Positions 6,773 through 17,100 of a DNA stretch of 64,000 bases are shown here, one piece after another. Under the pieces are notes generated by a model. The model saw nothing but the letters and a program-made list of their open reading frames with translations, made no database searches and had not been told where the DNA came from. The stretch's first letter is position 1. Each line of letters starts with the position of its first letter. The position numbers and the translations under genes were made by a program. The DNA is from Candidatus Spongiisociaceae bacterium (GTDB lineage: Bacteria; Actinomycetota; Acidimicrobiia; Spongiisociales; Spongiisociaceae), in assembly GCA_965202665.1 (NCBI GenBank), contig OZ241841.1, positions 1,536,001-1,600,000 of the forward strand. Direction: 5' to 3'.

Positions 6773-9124
6773 TTGGGTTCTACAACCAACCCGCACATCC
6801 GGGCCTGGCGCGCCCTCATCGGTTTAGCGGCGGCGACGCTGGCCGCGGCCCTGTTGCTGGGCATTGCTCCGGGCGCTCAGACGCAGGAAGGAGGAATTAC
6901 TCCCCCTCCCACTCCCGCATGCACCTCGGGCATCAGGCTGTCCGCCACGCCCGCCACCCTGTCCGAGGGGGCTTCCACCGTCTCCATTGTCATCACCGCC
7001 GGTTGGGTAAGCGGGACCGACACCACAGACCGGGCCGTAACATATACCATAGCCTTTCCCTCCGGGGTCACCACCTCCCCTACCACCCTCACCGGGACTG
7101 TGACTATCCCGATGAGCATGAGCAGTTCCTCCGCCGTTACCCACGCCACCCTCACCCTGACCGGCTTGGACAACACCGTGATAGATTCCGCTCGCAATGT
7201 AACCATCAGCGGGTCGGTGGCTGGCACTTCCATCAACGTCTGTGATGCTCTTATACCCATTACCGACAACGACAATACGGTAACTTTGGCCCTCAGCTCC
7301 GGCGGATCCGCTTTGTCGGAGGTAGATGAGGGGTCTTCCACGCAGGTAACGGTTACCGCTTCTTTGCCCTCGGGAACCACCGCTCCCACTTCCAACACCG
7401 ATTTGACTATCGCCGTGGGCGGGGATGCGAGTGATACCGCCGCGTCGGGGACGGATTTCACCGCGGTGACTGATTTTAATTTGCGCATTCCCGCCAACAT
7501 GTTGAGCGGAACGGCCAACTTCACCCTGGCTTCCCTCAACACGATTCCGTTTAGGGGCTCGAAGAGTTTGACCGTGTCCGGTTCATCTACCGGGTTCGTC
7601 GTTAACGGAGCGCAGTTGACTATTAACGATCAGACGACGGTGACTTTGTCGCTGCGTTCGGGGGGGTCCGCTTTGTCGTCGGTGGTGGAAGGTTCCACCA
7701 CTCAGGTTGCAGTTAGGGCTTCTTTGCCGTCGGGCGCCACCGTTTCCACCTCCGCCTCCGATTTGACTATTACGGTGGGCGGGGTTGCGGGTGATACCGC
7801 CGCGTCGGGGACGGATTTCACCGCCGTGACTCCTTTTACTTTGACTATTCCCGCTAACGCCTCGAGCGGAACGGCCAACTTCACCCTGGTTTCCGCCAAC
7901 ACTATTCCCACCGGGAGTTCGAAGAGGCTGACCGTGTCCAGTTCCACTACTGGAATTGACGTCACCGACGCCCAGTTGACTATCACCGCCCGTCCGGAAA
8001 CTCCTACCGAACCCACCGGACCCACCGAAACCGTTCCCCCCTCCCCCCCGCCTCCGCCTCCGTCTTCGTCCTCGTCTACCCGCAGGCCGCCGTCGCCCTC
8101 GTTGGATGAGGCGCAAACTTCCCTCACCCTGGCGGACACCTTGCCCGACTGGTCGGCCTGTCTGGGCCCGGCTAGGCGGTCTACCCGCTTTACCGACGTG
8201 GCGGACTGGGACGCCGACCCCGCCATTCGTTGCGCAACCTATTACCGGATCACCGTCGGCCGCACCCCCACGTTGTTCGCCCCCACCGAGGAGGTGCCCC
8301 GCTGGCAGATGGCCCTGTTCATGTACCGGGCGTTGGGACCGGCGGGAGTGGATACGCCGGCGGAGTCCGATCAGGGTTTCACCGACCTCGGCGGTTTGTC
8401 GGAGGAGGCCCGGAGCGCCGCCAACATGGTGGCCCAACTGGGGATCATGCCCGGTGCGGGGGAAGGGCGGTTTGACCCGCAGGGCCTGGTTTCCCGCCGT
8501 TCCATGGCCCTCATACTGCACGGTTTCATGCAAGCCGCCGTACTCCAAACGGGGGTGACGCTGGGAGGCGACTCGGCCGCCACCGGATTCACCGACCTGG
8601 CCGGGTTGTCGACGGCGGAGCGGCGGGCGGTGGGAAGCCTGTACGCCTTGGGCGTGGTTCGGGGGGCCGTCGCCGGTACGTTCGCCCCCGATGATACGGT
8701 CACCCGGGTGCAGATGGTGCGGGTGATCGCCCGGGCCTTGGCCTACACCATCGTCCGGCCGGCCGGGGTAAGCATGCAGGCCGACCGGGACACCGCCGTC
8801 GAACGGGCCGTGGATCTGGTGATTTCGGTGCGGGATGCGGACTTCCTGCCGATGCCGGGGGCCCGGGTGGATATCTTTTTCGCCCGCGACGCCGGGGATG
8901 CGTTCACAGACGCCGGACGTTGCGTGACCGGCCTGTTGTCCCCGTTGGCCGGTACGCAGGTTTGCCAAGTGGACCGGGGCGATCCGGCCGTCGGCCCGGT
9001 AGGGGATTTGCGGATGAGGATCACGGGGATCATCTCCGGTCAGCGGGTATGGGCGTGGAGCGGGACGGAGGGCGCCCGGGTAACCGACCTGGTCCGCTTC
9101 GCCCGCCTGATGTTCGTTCTGTAA
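6773..9124 (+). CDS. Secreted surface protein with Calx-beta/Ig-like repeats, a Pro/Ser linker and C-terminal SLH domains
   Basis: Signal peptide, two 120-aa TAASGTDFTAV repeats, and SLH-like motifs (FAPTEEVPRWQMA, FDPQGLVSRRSMA, FAPDDTVTRVQMV). Confidence 0.8.
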   Translation: MGSTTNPHIRAWRALIGLAAATLAAALLLGIAPGAQTQEGGITPPPTPACTSGIRLSATPATLSEGASTVSIVITAGWVSGTDTTDRAVTYTIAFPSGVTTSPTTLTGTVTIPMSMSSSSAVTHATLTLTGLDNTVIDSARNVTISGSVAGTSINVCDALIPITDNDNTVTLALSSGGSALSEVDEGSSTQVTVTASLPSGTTAPTSNTDLTIAVGGDASDTAASGTDFTAVTDFNLRIPANMLSGTANFTLASLNTIPFRGSKSLTVSGSSTGFVVNGAQLTINDQTTVTLSLRSGGSALSSVVEGSTTQVAVRASLPSGATVSTSASDLTITVGGVAGDTAASGTDFTAVTPFTLTIPANASSGTANFTLVSANTIPTGSSKRLTVSSSTTGIDVTDAQLTITARPETPTEPTGPTETVPPSPPPPPPSSSSSTRRPPSPSLDEAQTSLTLADTLPDWSACLGPARRSTRFTDVADWDADPAIRCATYYRITVGRTPTLFAPTEEVPRWQMALFMYRALGPAGVDTPAESDQGFTDLGGLSEEARSAANMVAQLGIMPGAGEGRFDPQGLVSRRSMALILHGFMQAAVLQTGVTLGGDSAATGFTDLAGLSTAERRAVGSLYALGVVRGAVAGTFAPDDTVTRVQMVRVIARALAYTIVRPAGVSMQADRDTAVERAVDLVISVRDADFLPMPGARVDIFFARDAGDAFTDAGRCVTGLLSPLAGTQVCQVDRGDPAVGPVGDLRMRITGIISGQRVWAWSGTEGARVTDLVRFARLMFVL
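7277..7987 (+). repeat. Intragenic tandem repeat, 2 x 360 bp
   Basis: Units start at 7277 and 7637 and share GATACCGCCGCGTCGGGGACGGATTTCACCGC and GAGCGGAACGGCCAACTTCACCCTGG. Confidence 0.9.
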
Positions 9125-9165
9125 CCGGGCCGGGCGGGGAAAAGGATTCGGCTAAACTGAGCCGG

Positions 9166-10083
9166 GTGGAAACCGACCGCCGACCGATTGATTACATCGC
9201 CCTGACCCGGGAGACCTACCATCTGCTGGGTTACCAGCCGTACCGATGGGCCCGCAACGAGGAGCCGCCGCCGCTGGCCCCGCTCCGCAAACCCCTGTCG
9301 GAATCCAAGCTGGGCCTTATCGCCTCCGGGGGGGTGTACCGGCATGGGCAGGTGGCTTTCACCCACCGCGACGACCTAACCCACCGGGAGGTGCCCGTCG
9401 ACGTGGACACATCCGAGTTGCGGGTTACCCATTTCGCCTTCGACCAGTCCAACGCCCGTTCCGATCCGAATGTCATTTTCCCGATCGACGGGTTGCGGGC
9501 CCTGGTCGCGGAAGGAACGATCGGGGGACTGACTTCGCACGCCCTGACTTTTATGGGCGGCATCTATTCGCAACGGCGCCTGCGGGAGCAGCTGATTCCC
9601 AAGCTGGCGGAGCGCGTCTTGCAGTTGGGGGCCGACGCGGTTTTGCTGGTTCCGGTGTGACCGGTGTGCCATCAGTCAGTTGGGCTGATCTGTCGTGAAA
9701 TTGAAGCCCGGGGGATACCCTCCCTGTCCATGACCAGCGCCTGGTCCATCACCGCCTCCGTCAATCCTCCCCGGGCCGCCTTCAACGATTTTCCGCTGGG
9801 ACACACCTGCGGTCCGCCCGGTCAACCGGCCCGCCAGGTCGCCATTCTGCGCCAAGCCCTGTCGGCGCTGGAGAAGATCGACCGGCCGGGGATGATCGTG
9901 GATTTGGAACAGAGGTGGGATGCGCCGTGGAAGGAGGAGGCCCGCCGCCCCGTCGACCACCGCACCCCCCGCTACGACACCCCCCAATATCAGAACCAGG
10001 CCGACGAGCGGGCGGCGGCGGCCGCCCACGGCCGGGAGGCGGCCTGCGGGGCCTGTCCCGTCCCGGCGGCGGCGCAGGCGTAG
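9166..10083 (+). CDS. Glycine/sarcosine/betaine/D-proline reductase selenoprotein B family protein (in-frame UGA read as Sec)
   Basis: ORFs 8920-9660 and 9664-10083 are in the same frame and join as LLVPV-U-PVCHQSVGLI...IEARGIPS (UxxC). GrdB/PrdB-like motifs KPLSESKLGLIASGGV and DPNVIFP. TAAACT -10 lies 7 nt before the GTG at 9166. Confidence 0.85.
9671..9689 (+). promoter_or_regulatory. Putative bacterial SECIS hairpin
   Basis: ATCAGTC-AGTTG-GGCTGAT stem-loop with GU in the loop, starting after a 10-nt gap from the UGA at 9658-9660. Confidence 0.65.
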
Positions 10084-10093
10084 GAGGGAGGCC

Positions 10094-10351
10094 GTGGCGG
10101 AGATCAAAATGTACACCGCCGACTGGTGCGGCTGGTGCCGCCGGGCGAAGCGGTTGCTGGCCCAGCACGGTTACGAAACCATCACCGAGGTGAACATCGA
10201 CGAATGGGATCCCGACCGGGGGAAACTGAAAGGCCTGACCGGCCAGGAAACCATTCCCCAGATTTTCATAGGGGAACGCTACGTGGGCGGTTATCCGGAG
10301 CTGGTGGACCTGATCAGGCGGAACGGACTCCACCCCCTCGCCCAGGCCTGA
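10094..10351 (+). CDS. Glutaredoxin (GrxC-like)
   Basis: MYTADWCGWC...TIPQIFIG..YVGG; RBS GGAGG upstream of the GTG. Confidence 0.88.
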   Translation: MAEIKMYTADWCGWCRRAKRLLAQHGYETITEVNIDEWDPDRGKLKGLTGQETIPQIFIGERYVGGYPELVDLIRRNGLHPLAQA

Positions 10352-10518
10352 CCGCCCCCGTCGTTCCGCCCTGCCGATTTTTCTCCGCGGCCCGGCCGCC
10401 CGATTGCCGGGCGGGCTAAAATGACTCTCCGCGTTTGGGGACTCTCCGGATTTAAGGGGGCCCCTTCCCCGACTTGGAATAATACCGACCATCGCGTCAG
10501 CCCCCGGAGGTGGGTTCC

Positions 10519-10923
10519 ATGGCCTCAATTGACAACATCGCCAACATGGGCAAAGACGAAGCCCGCGTTCTGCGCAAGAACGGAATCCGCACCACCTCCG
10601 TGCTGTTGCAACGGGCCGGCGACCGCTCCGGCCGCCGGCGCCTGGCCCGGGAAACCGGACTGTCCGGATCCGACCTGCTGGATTGGGCGCACCGGGCCGA
10701 CCTGATGCGCCTCCGGGAGCTGGGCCCTATTTATGCGGAACTGCTGGGCCGTTCCGGGGTGCGCACCCTCCGCGAACTGAGGCGCCGCAACCCGGCGGTG
10801 TTGCGGGCCATGATGTCCCAAGTCAACGAGCGGGACCGCCTGACGCAGCGCCTGCCGACCGAAAAGGCGGTGGAAGGCTGGGTGTTGGACGCCGCCGTCA
10901 CCGACCCGCTGGTGGCCAGCTGA
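10519..10923 (+). CDS. DUF4332-like helix-hairpin-helix protein
   Basis: W.HRADLMRL.ELG..YAELL...GV.TL.EL..RNP..L pattern. Confidence 0.7.
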   Translation: MASIDNIANMGKDEARVLRKNGIRTTSVLLQRAGDRSGRRRLARETGLSGSDLLDWAHRADLMRLRELGPIYAELLGRSGVRTLRELRRRNPAVLRAMMSQVNERDRLTQRLPTEKAVEGWVLDAAVTDPLVAS

Positions 10924-11039
10924 TTCCCCCGTTCCGGCTATGGGCGGAGGCTTGGTCCGCGTTGCCTTATTCCGCGGGGTTCCATCCTGTTAGGGTTTCT
11001 ACCCCATAAGGGCAACCGGATCGAAAACGGAGACGCAAC

Positions 11040-12053
11040 TTGATCATCGTGATGAAACCCGACGCCACCGAAGCGGATGTTAAAAAGGTGGTGGAGCGCT
11101 TAGCCGGAATCGGTTCGGAGGCGCACGTGTCCAACGGCCAGTTCCGGACGGTGATCGGGGCCATCGGCGACCGGGATCTGATCCAGGAGATTCCATGGGC
11201 GGCGGTGGAGGGGGTGGAACGGGCGGTGCCCGTGCTCAAATCTTACAAGTTCGTTTCCCGGGAGTTCCAACCGGCCGACACGGTGATCCGGGTGCGAAAC
11301 GCCCAGATCGGGGGGGGAGTGTTCGCCCCCATCGCCGGGCCGTGCGCGGTGGAAAGCCGCGACCAGTTGTTCCGCACGGCGGAGGCGGTGCGCAACGCCG
11401 GGGCGTCCATCCTGCGGGGGGACGCCTTCAAACCCCGCACCAGCCCCTACTCTTTTCAGGGTTTGGGCGAAGAGGGCCTGCGGTTGCTGGCCGAAGCCCG
11501 CGACCAGTTCGATATGCCGTTCGTGGCCGAGGTGCTCGATCCCCGCGATGTGGAAATGATCGCCGGATACGCCGACATTCTGCGCATCGGCACCCGCAAC
11601 ATGGCCAACTTCACCCTGCTGTCGGAGGTGGGGCGGGTGCACCGGCCGGTTCTGCTGAAACGGGGTTTCACCGCCACCCTGGACGAATGGTTGAACGCCG
11701 CCGAATACATCTACAAGGAGGGCAACCACGAAGTGATAATGGTGGAGCGGGGCATCCGCACTTTTGAGCAGGCCACCCGCAACACTTTGGATATTTCGGC
11801 GGTGCCCGCCCTTAAGTCGCTGTCGCACCTGCCGGTTATCGTCGACCCGTCCCATTCCTCCGGGATCCGCCACCTGGTTTCCCCGTTGGCCCGGGCCGCC
11901 ATCGCGGTGGGGGCGGACGGGTTTATCGTGGATGTTCATCCCACCCCGGAAACCGCCCTGGTGGACGGGGCCCAGGCCCTGTTGCCGGAGGATTTTGCGG
12001 AGTTGATGGAGCAGATGCGGGCTTTGGCCGGGGCGTTGTCGGTGACCATCTGA
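11040..12053 (+). CDS. aroF: 3-deoxy-7-phosphoheptulonate (DAHP) synthase, type Ibeta with N-terminal regulatory domain
   Basis: [33 protein letters not shown]. Confidence 0.93.
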   Translation: MIIVMKPDATEADVKKVVERLAGIGSEAHVSNGQFRTVIGAIGDRDLIQEIPWAAVEGVERAVPVLKSYKFVSREFQPADTVIRVRNAQIGGGVFAPIAGPCAVESRDQLFRTAEAVRNAGASILRGDAFKPRTSPYSFQGLGEEGLRLLAEARDQFDMPFVAEVLDPRDVEMIAGYADILRIGTRNMANFTLLSEVGRVHRPVLLKRGFTATLDEWLNAAEYIYKEGNHEVIMVERGIRTFEQATRNTLDISAVPALKSLSHLPVIVDPSHSSGIRHLVSPLARAAIAVGADGFIVDVHPTPETALVDGAQALLPEDFAELMEQMRALAGALSVTI

Positions 12054-12058
12054 CGGAG

Positions 12059-13075
12059 ATGGGTCATGTCGCCATTTTCGGCGCCGGCCTGATCGGAACT
12101 TCGCTGGGGATGGCCCTGCGCCGCAACGGGGCGGCGGTGCGGGGGTGGGATCCGAATCGGGAGACGGCGGAGCGGGCCGCCCGCCGCGGGGCCTTCGATC
12201 AGGTGTGCGACGATCAACGGCAGGCGGCGCTCTCCGCGGAGACGGTGGTCCTGGCCGGGCCGTTGCGGGCCACGGTGGAAACCTTGGGCGAGTTGCAAAC
12301 CGACGGCTTGGTGACCGATGTGGCCGGGGTGAAGACCCCGGTGGTGGAGGCCCGCCCGCCGGGGATGCGATTGGTGGCGGGACATCCGATGGCGGGCCGG
12401 GAGCGTTCCGGACCGGAAGCCGCCACCCCCGCCCTGTTCCGGGGGTCGGCCTGGATTTTGTGCACGGACGGGGCGGAACCGGAGGATTTGCAGGCCGCCC
12501 GTCGGTTGGCGGAGTCGGTGGGGGCGGTTCCGGTGACGATGACCGCCGCCGAACACGACCGGGTGGCGGCCGGCATTTCCCATCTCCCGCAGATGCTGGC
12601 CGCGGCCCTGGTCAATCAGGCGGCGCGCAACCCGGGGGCGATGCGGCTGGTCTCCGGCTCTTTTCGGGATCTGACGCGGGTGGCCGACTCGGAGTCGGAG
12701 TGGTGGCCGGAGGTGCTGGCCGCCAACGCCCGTTACGTGGAGGAGGCCATCGACGGCCTGACCGCCGCCTTGCGCGCCATGCGCCGGGAGGCTTCGGCGG
12801 ATCCGGAGGCTTTGGCCGCCCGTTTCTCCTCCGCCCGGGAACGGCGCCGGGGCATGGCCCCCCCGGAAGTGCGGGTGGGGGTGGTGCTGGCCGACCAGCC
12901 GGGGGAGGTGGCCCGGGTGGGGCGGGCTTTGGAGAAGAGCCGGGTGGACGTGCGGGATCTGCAACTGCGCCACGCTTTGCACGGCGGCGGGGGGGTGCTG
13001 GCCATTTCGGTGCGGGACGGGGAGGCGGCCGCCCTGCGCTCGGCTTTGGCCGAAGAGGGCTTCGCCTTGGAGTAG
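12059..13075 (+). CDS. tyrA: Prephenate dehydrogenase with C-terminal ACT domain
   Basis: GAGLIG, HPMAGRE, HD...ISHLP, FRDLTRVA, and an ACT-like DQPGEVA. Confidence 0.9.
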   Translation: MGHVAIFGAGLIGTSLGMALRRNGAAVRGWDPNRETAERAARRGAFDQVCDDQRQAALSAETVVLAGPLRATVETLGELQTDGLVTDVAGVKTPVVEARPPGMRLVAGHPMAGRERSGPEAATPALFRGSAWILCTDGAEPEDLQAARRLAESVGAVPVTMTAAEHDRVAAGISHLPQMLAAALVNQAARNPGAMRLVSGSFRDLTRVADSESEWWPEVLAANARYVEEAIDGLTAALRAMRREASADPEALAARFSSARERRRGMAPPEVRVGVVLADQPGEVARVGRALEKSRVDVRDLQLRHALHGGGGVLAISVRDGEAAALRSALAEEGFALE

Positions 13076-13101
13076 CCGCCGCCCCGTCCATCGGGGACGG
13101 G

Positions 13102-13138
13102 TTTGCATTATTATTCAAGATGATGCATAATATTGCCA
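13102..13138 (+). promoter_or_regulatory. Tandem ARG boxes overlapping the argR promoter
   Basis: TGCATTATTATTCA (13104-13117) and TGCATAATATTGCC (13124-13137), 20 bp apart, match the TGAATwwwwATTCA consensus. Confidence 0.8.
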
Positions 13139-13602
13139 TGCCGGGGATGTCCTCCCGCCGCCGGGCGTTGCGTTCCATTTTGGCCCAAAAGTCCGTTTTC
13201 ACCCACCGGGATTTGGTCCCGTTGCTGGCCGAAATCGGCCACCATGTGACGCAAGCCACCGTTTCCCGGGACCTGCGGGCCATCGGGGCGGTGAAAAGGG
13301 CCGCCGGGGAGGGACGCTCCCGCTACGCCCTGCCCGACGCGGAAGCGGCGGACGTCCCCCGTCCCGCCCCCGGCCGGGCGCTGGACGAGTATGCGGAAAC
13401 CATCGCCGTCAGCGGTAACCTGGTGGTGGTGACCACCCCGCCCGGGGCCGCCCATGTGGTGGCCCGGGCCATCGACGCCGCCGGGTTGCCGGGGGCGCTG
13501 GGAACGGTGGCCGGCGACGACACCGTCCTGATCGTGGCCGACGAGCAAACCGGAGGCCGGGCGGTGGCCGGCCTGTTGGAAAAACTGGGAGATGAAATAT
13601 GA
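13138..13602 (+). CDS. argR: Arginine repressor
   Basis: [18 protein letters not shown]. Confidence 0.93.
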   Translation: MPGMSSRRRALRSILAQKSVFTHRDLVPLLAEIGHHVTQATVSRDLRAIGAVKRAAGEGRSRYALPDAEAADVPRPAPGRALDEYAETIAVSGNLVVVTTPPGAAHVVARAIDAAGLPGALGTVAGDDTVLIVADEQTGGRAVAGLLEKLGDEI

Positions 13603-14795
13603 AGGTGGCGCTGGCCTATTCCGGCGGACTGGACACGTCGGTGATCCTCAAATGGCTGGTGGAGGAGCGGGGATGCGAGGTGCTCTGTTACACGGCCGAT
13701 GTGGGGCAGGGCGAAGAGGCGGGCGAGGCGGTGGACAAAGCCCGGGCCACCGGCGCCGCGGAGGCGGTAGCCGAGGATCTGCGGGCCGAGTTCACCGAGG
13801 AATACGTGTGGGCCGCCATTCGGGCCAACGCCGTCTACGAGGACTACTACCTGCTGGGCACCTCCCTGGCCCGCCCGGTGATCGCCAAAGGCCTGGTGCG
13901 GGCCGCGCGGCGGTTCGGGGCCGACGCCATCTCCCATGGGGCCACCGGCAAAGGCAACGACCAGGTTCGGTTCGAATTGTCCGCCTACGCCCTCAACCCC
14001 GACATCAAAGTGATCGCCCCTTGGAGGGAATGGACGATGGGGGGGCGGGCCGATTTGGAGGCCTACGCCGCCAAATACGACATTCCGGTGCCCACCACCC
14101 CCGACAAGCCCTATTCCACCGACGCCAACCTGTTGCACATCTCCTACGAAGGGGGGGTGTTGGAGGACCCGTGGGCCCCCCCGCCCCCCGGAATGTTCGC
14201 CATGACCCGGGACCCGCAGGACGCCCCCGATCAGCCGCAGGAGGTGGTCATCGCCTTCCACGAAGGCAACCCGGCGGCGGTGGACGGGGAAGAGATGGCC
14301 CCCGCCGACCTGCTGGACCGTTGCAACCGGATCGCCGGGGCGCACGGGGTGGGTCGGACGGACATCGTGGAAAACCGGTTCGTGGGGTTGAAGAGCCGGG
14401 GGGTGTACGAGACGCCGGGCGGGACCATCCTCCATCACGCCCACCGGGCGGTGGAATCCATCACCATGGACCGGGAGGTTCGCCATCTGCGGGACGGCTT
14501 GTCCCTCCGCTATGCGGAGATGGTCTACAACGGGTTCTGGTTTTCCCCGGAACGGGAAGCCCTGCAAGGGATGTTCGACGAGATGCAGCGGCCGGTCACC
14601 GGGGAGGCGCGGCTGGTCCTCTACAAGGGCGGGGCGGCGGTTGCCGGGCGCCGGGCGGAAGGGGCCCTCTACGACCAGGAGTTGGTCAGTTTCGAGGCGG
14701 GCGGCTCCTACGACCAGGCGGACGCCGCCGGGTTCATCCGTCTCAACGCCCTGCGGTTGCGCACCCTGGCCCGGCGTTTGTCCGGGCCGGGTTAG
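13599..14795 (+). CDS. argG: Argininosuccinate synthase
   Basis: [34 protein letters not shown]. Confidence 0.97.
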   Translation: MKVALAYSGGLDTSVILKWLVEERGCEVLCYTADVGQGEEAGEAVDKARATGAAEAVAEDLRAEFTEEYVWAAIRANAVYEDYYLLGTSLARPVIAKGLVRAARRFGADAISHGATGKGNDQVRFELSAYALNPDIKVIAPWREWTMGGRADLEAYAAKYDIPVPTTPDKPYSTDANLLHISYEGGVLEDPWAPPPPGMFAMTRDPQDAPDQPQEVVIAFHEGNPAAVDGEEMAPADLLDRCNRIAGAHGVGRTDIVENRFVGLKSRGVYETPGGTILHHAHRAVESITMDREVRHLRDGLSLRYAEMVYNGFWFSPEREALQGMFDEMQRPVTGEARLVLYKGGAAVAGRRAEGALYDQELVSFEAGGSYDQADAAGFIRLNALRLRTLARRLSGPG

Positions 14796-14806
14796 GCGGC
14801 GGGGCG

Positions 14807-16159
14807 ATGACCCTGTGGGGAGGCCGCTTTGCGGAGGGGCCCGACGACGCGCTGTGGCAGTTCACGGTGGACCGGGCCGACCGGCGGCTCCTGTCCGATG
14901 ACGTCCGGGGGTCGCTGGCCCACGCCCAAATGCTGGGCGAAGCCGGCTTGCTGGACGCCGCCGAAGCGGCCGCCGTGCGGGAAGGTTTGCAGGCCGTTTT
15001 AGCCGAGGCGGAGGCGGGGGAGTTCCAATTTACGGAAGAGGACGAGGACGTCCATTCGGCCGTGGAACGGCGGCTGGGGGAGTTGATCGGGGAGACGGCG
15101 GGCAAACTGCATACCGGCCGTTCTCGCAACGACCAGGTGGCTTTGGACCTGCGGCTCTATCTGCGCCGGGCGGCGGACCGGCAGGCGGAGCGGCTGGCCG
15201 ATTTCATCCGGGCGGCGGCGGACAAGGCCGAAGAAGCGGGGGAGACGGTGGTGGCCGGCTACACCCACCTGCAGCAGGGGCAGGCGGTTCCGTTGGCGCA
15301 TCATCTGCTGGCATACGCCTGGATGGCGGTGCGGGACCGGGAACGGTTTCTGGAAGCCCGGGCCCGCATCGACGTTTCCCCGTTGGGGGCGGGGGCTTTG
15401 GGGGGGAGCGGCCTGCCTTTGGACCCGGCCCGCACCGCCCGCCTGCTGGACATGGGGGCGGCTTTCGACAACTCCATGGATGCGGTTGCCGGCCGGGATT
15501 TCGCGGCCGAATACGGGTTCGCCTGCGCCCAGGCTTTGGTTCACCTGTCCCGTTTGGCGGAAGAATGCGTGCTGTGGGCCTCCTCCGAATTCGGCTGGGT
15601 TACCTTCCCCGATTCGCTGACCACCGGTTCTTCGGCCTTGCCCCACAAGAAGAACCCGGATATCGCCGAGTTGACCCGGGCCCGCTCGGCCGGGGCCATC
15701 GGGTACGCCACCGCCCTGCTGTCCTTGCAGAAAGGGTTGCCCCTCGCCTACAACCGGGACCTGCAGGAGGACAAACGGCTGGTGATGGCCGCCGACGACC
15801 TGCTGGCCGGGGCCTTGCCGGCCATGACCGCCCTGCTGGCCGGGGCCGAATTTCATCCCCCCCGCCCCGACTCTTGGGTGACCGCTCTGGATTTGGCCGA
15901 GGTTTTGGTTGAGCGGGGGGTTCCCTTCCGGGAAGCCCACCGGGCGGTGGGCCGTTTGGTGGCCGCCCTGCTGGACGGAGGCCGGGACCTGTCGCAGGCG
16001 GAGCCCTCCGACTTGACCGCCGCCCACCCCGATTTCCGGGAGTCGGATTTGGCCCGGACGGACCCGTCCGCTTCCCCCGCCCGCCGCCCCGCCCCCGGGG
16101 CCGCCTCCCCCGACTCGGTGCGGGGGCAACTGAAAACACTCCGCGGTCTGGGCTTTTAG
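14807..16159 (+). CDS. argH: Argininosuccinate lyase
   Basis: Starts MTLWGGRF; HTGRSRNDQ, GSSALPHKKNPD. Confidence 0.95.
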   Translation: MTLWGGRFAEGPDDALWQFTVDRADRRLLSDDVRGSLAHAQMLGEAGLLDAAEAAAVREGLQAVLAEAEAGEFQFTEEDEDVHSAVERRLGELIGETAGKLHTGRSRNDQVALDLRLYLRRAADRQAERLADFIRAAADKAEEAGETVVAGYTHLQQGQAVPLAHHLLAYAWMAVRDRERFLEARARIDVSPLGAGALGGSGLPLDPARTARLLDMGAAFDNSMDAVAGRDFAAEYGFACAQALVHLSRLAEECVLWASSEFGWVTFPDSLTTGSSALPHKKNPDIAELTRARSAGAIGYATALLSLQKGLPLAYNRDLQEDKRLVMAADDLLAGALPAMTALLAGAEFHPPRPDSWVTALDLAEVLVERGVPFREAHRAVGRLVAALLDGGRDLSQAEPSDLTAAHPDFRESDLARTDPSASPARRPAPGAASPDSVRGQLKTLRGLGF

Positions 16160-16194
16160 CCCGCCGCCCCTTTGCCTTCCCCGGCGGGCTAAAA
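16154..16194. terminator. 13-bp inverted repeat at the end of argH
   Basis: TTTTAGCCCGCCG ... CGGCGGGCTAAAA. Confidence 0.45.
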
Positions 16195-16217
16195 TGGGGG
16201 GCGAACCGGAGGAGGAG

Positions 16218-17084
16218 ATGAATATGGAAAAACGCACAGTGGAAGTGCTGGGTTTGGAGATGGCCTACGCGGAGGCCGGGGAGGGCGACCCGATCGTGTT
16301 TCTGCACGGCAACCCCACCTCCTCCTACCTGTGGCGCAACATCATCCCCTACGCGGAGGGGATGGGCCGGTGCATCGCCCCCGACCTGATCGGAATGGGG
16401 GACTCGGGCAAACTGGCCGTCTCCGGCCCCGACGCCTACACCTTCTCCCAGCATCGGGAATACCTGGATTTGATGCTGGACAGGCTGGGGGTCAGCGGCT
16501 CCGTGACTTTCGTAGTCCACGACTGGGGTTCGGCCCTCGGCTTCGACTGGGCGGTCCGCAACCCGGATGCGGTGAAAGGGGTCGCCTATATGGAGGCGAT
16601 TGTGACCCCGGTCACCTGGGATGACTGGCCGGAGGTGGCCCGCGGCATCTTCCAGGCCCTGCGTTCGCCGGCGGGGGAGGAGATGGTGTTGAAAAAGAAC
16701 GTGTTCGTGGAGCGCATCCTGCCCGCCTCCATCCTCCGCAAATTCACCGAGGAGGAAATGGAGGAATACCGGCGGCCGTTCACCGAACCGGGGGAGGGGC
16801 GCCGTCCCACCCTCACTTGGCCCCGCCAGATACCGATTGAGGGCCAGCCGGCCGATGTGCACGAGGTGGTGGAGCGTTATTCGGCCAAGTTGGCGGAATG
16901 GGATCTGCCCAAACTGTTCGTGAACGCCGACCCGGGTTCCATCCTGGTGGGCCGTCCCCGGCGGGTGTGCCGCGAATGGCCCAACCAAACCGAGGTGACG
17001 GTGCCCGGCGTTCATTTCATTCAGGAAGACTCCGCCGATATGATCGGACAGGCCCTGGCCGACTGGTATCAGGGGCTGCCCTGA
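16218..17084 (+). CDS. Haloalkane dehalogenase (HLD-II, LinB/DhaA-like)
   Basis: HGNPTSSYLWRNI, VHDWGSALG, TLTWPRQIP, HFIQED. Confidence 0.9.
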   Translation: MNMEKRTVEVLGLEMAYAEAGEGDPIVFLHGNPTSSYLWRNIIPYAEGMGRCIAPDLIGMGDSGKLAVSGPDAYTFSQHREYLDLMLDRLGVSGSVTFVVHDWGSALGFDWAVRNPDAVKGVAYMEAIVTPVTWDDWPEVARGIFQALRSPAGEEMVLKKNVFVERILPASILRKFTEEEMEEYRRPFTEPGEGRRPTLTWPRQIPIEGQPADVHEVVERYSAKLAEWDLPKLFVNADPGSILVGRPRRVCREWPNQTEVTVPGVHFIQEDSADMIGQALADWYQGLP

Positions 17085-17100
17085 CCGGGAGGCGGGGCCG

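Noticed and set aside
9658-9660. Nonsense mutation (pseudogene) in the reductase-family gene
   Set aside because: The TGA falls exactly at the family's UxxC position and is followed by a SECIS-like hairpin, so recoding is the better explanation.
13592-14806. 855-aa ArgH with a long N-terminal extension
   Set aside because: The extension is an alternate frame over argG; the real start is MTLWGGRF at 14807. The same applies to the over-long calls for argR, recR, the GTPase, menD and the nucleoside hydrolase.
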